DNA of 46,284 bases from Hyphochytrium catenoides (lineage: Eukaryota > Protista > Hyphochytriomycota), in assembly GCA_900088475.1 (NCBI GenBank), contig FLMG01001075.1:1-46284 (forward strand), read 5' to 3'. The notes under the pieces are model-generated. The model saw only the letters and a program-made list of their open reading frames with translations, made no database searches and had not been told where the DNA came from. Shown here one piece after another: positions 46,241 through 46,284 of this stretch; position 1 is the first letter of the stretch; each line of letters begins with the position of its first letter. Both the position numbers and the translations under genes were made by a program.

Positions 46241-46284
46241 TAGTGATGGGTCGTGAGTCCGACCGACTCGAGTCCAACTCGAGT
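46241..46284 (+). mobile_element. Probable terminus of a hAT-like DNA transposon, continuing past the window end
   Basis: TAGTGATGGG start (hAT TIRs typically begin YAGNG) followed by two palindromic ACTCGAGT subterminal repeats. The other end and TSD are outside the window. Confidence 0.45.

Overview
Intron-rich eukaryotic genomic DNA, so the ORF track is mostly exon fragments and microsatellite artefacts. The gene content (SPEF2, a p25alpha/IQ/WW/B-box protein, a tetraspanin with a long EC2 loop) suggests a flagellated protist, possibly a stramenopile; this is inference. I reconstructed six spliced genes by hand: PME-1 (+, 2428-4935), an ArfGAP-DENN-IQ protein with a kinesin-7/NACK-tail-like C-terminus (-, 5000-13392), a 12-exon tetraspanin with a very large Cys-rich EC2 (-, 16283-19972), an uncharacterised protein with a long disordered N-terminus and multi-pass membrane C-terminus (-, 21173-25073), SPEF2/CPC1 (+, 26585-33763) and an IQ-p25alpha-WW-B-box protein (-, 34066-44997). 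Between them lie two internally deleted Ty1/Copia remnants, a 167-bp fold-back, a non-LTR endonuclease fragment, a 9-bp minisatellite and a probable hAT terminus. I found no clear-cut new system. The best leads are the Arf-GAP/Rab-GEF fusion, the tail-to-tail ciliary gene pair, the strand-polarised CT-microsatellite introns, the G-U-rich hairpin and a local CTAG excess. All domain calls come from motif recognition by eye, not database searches.
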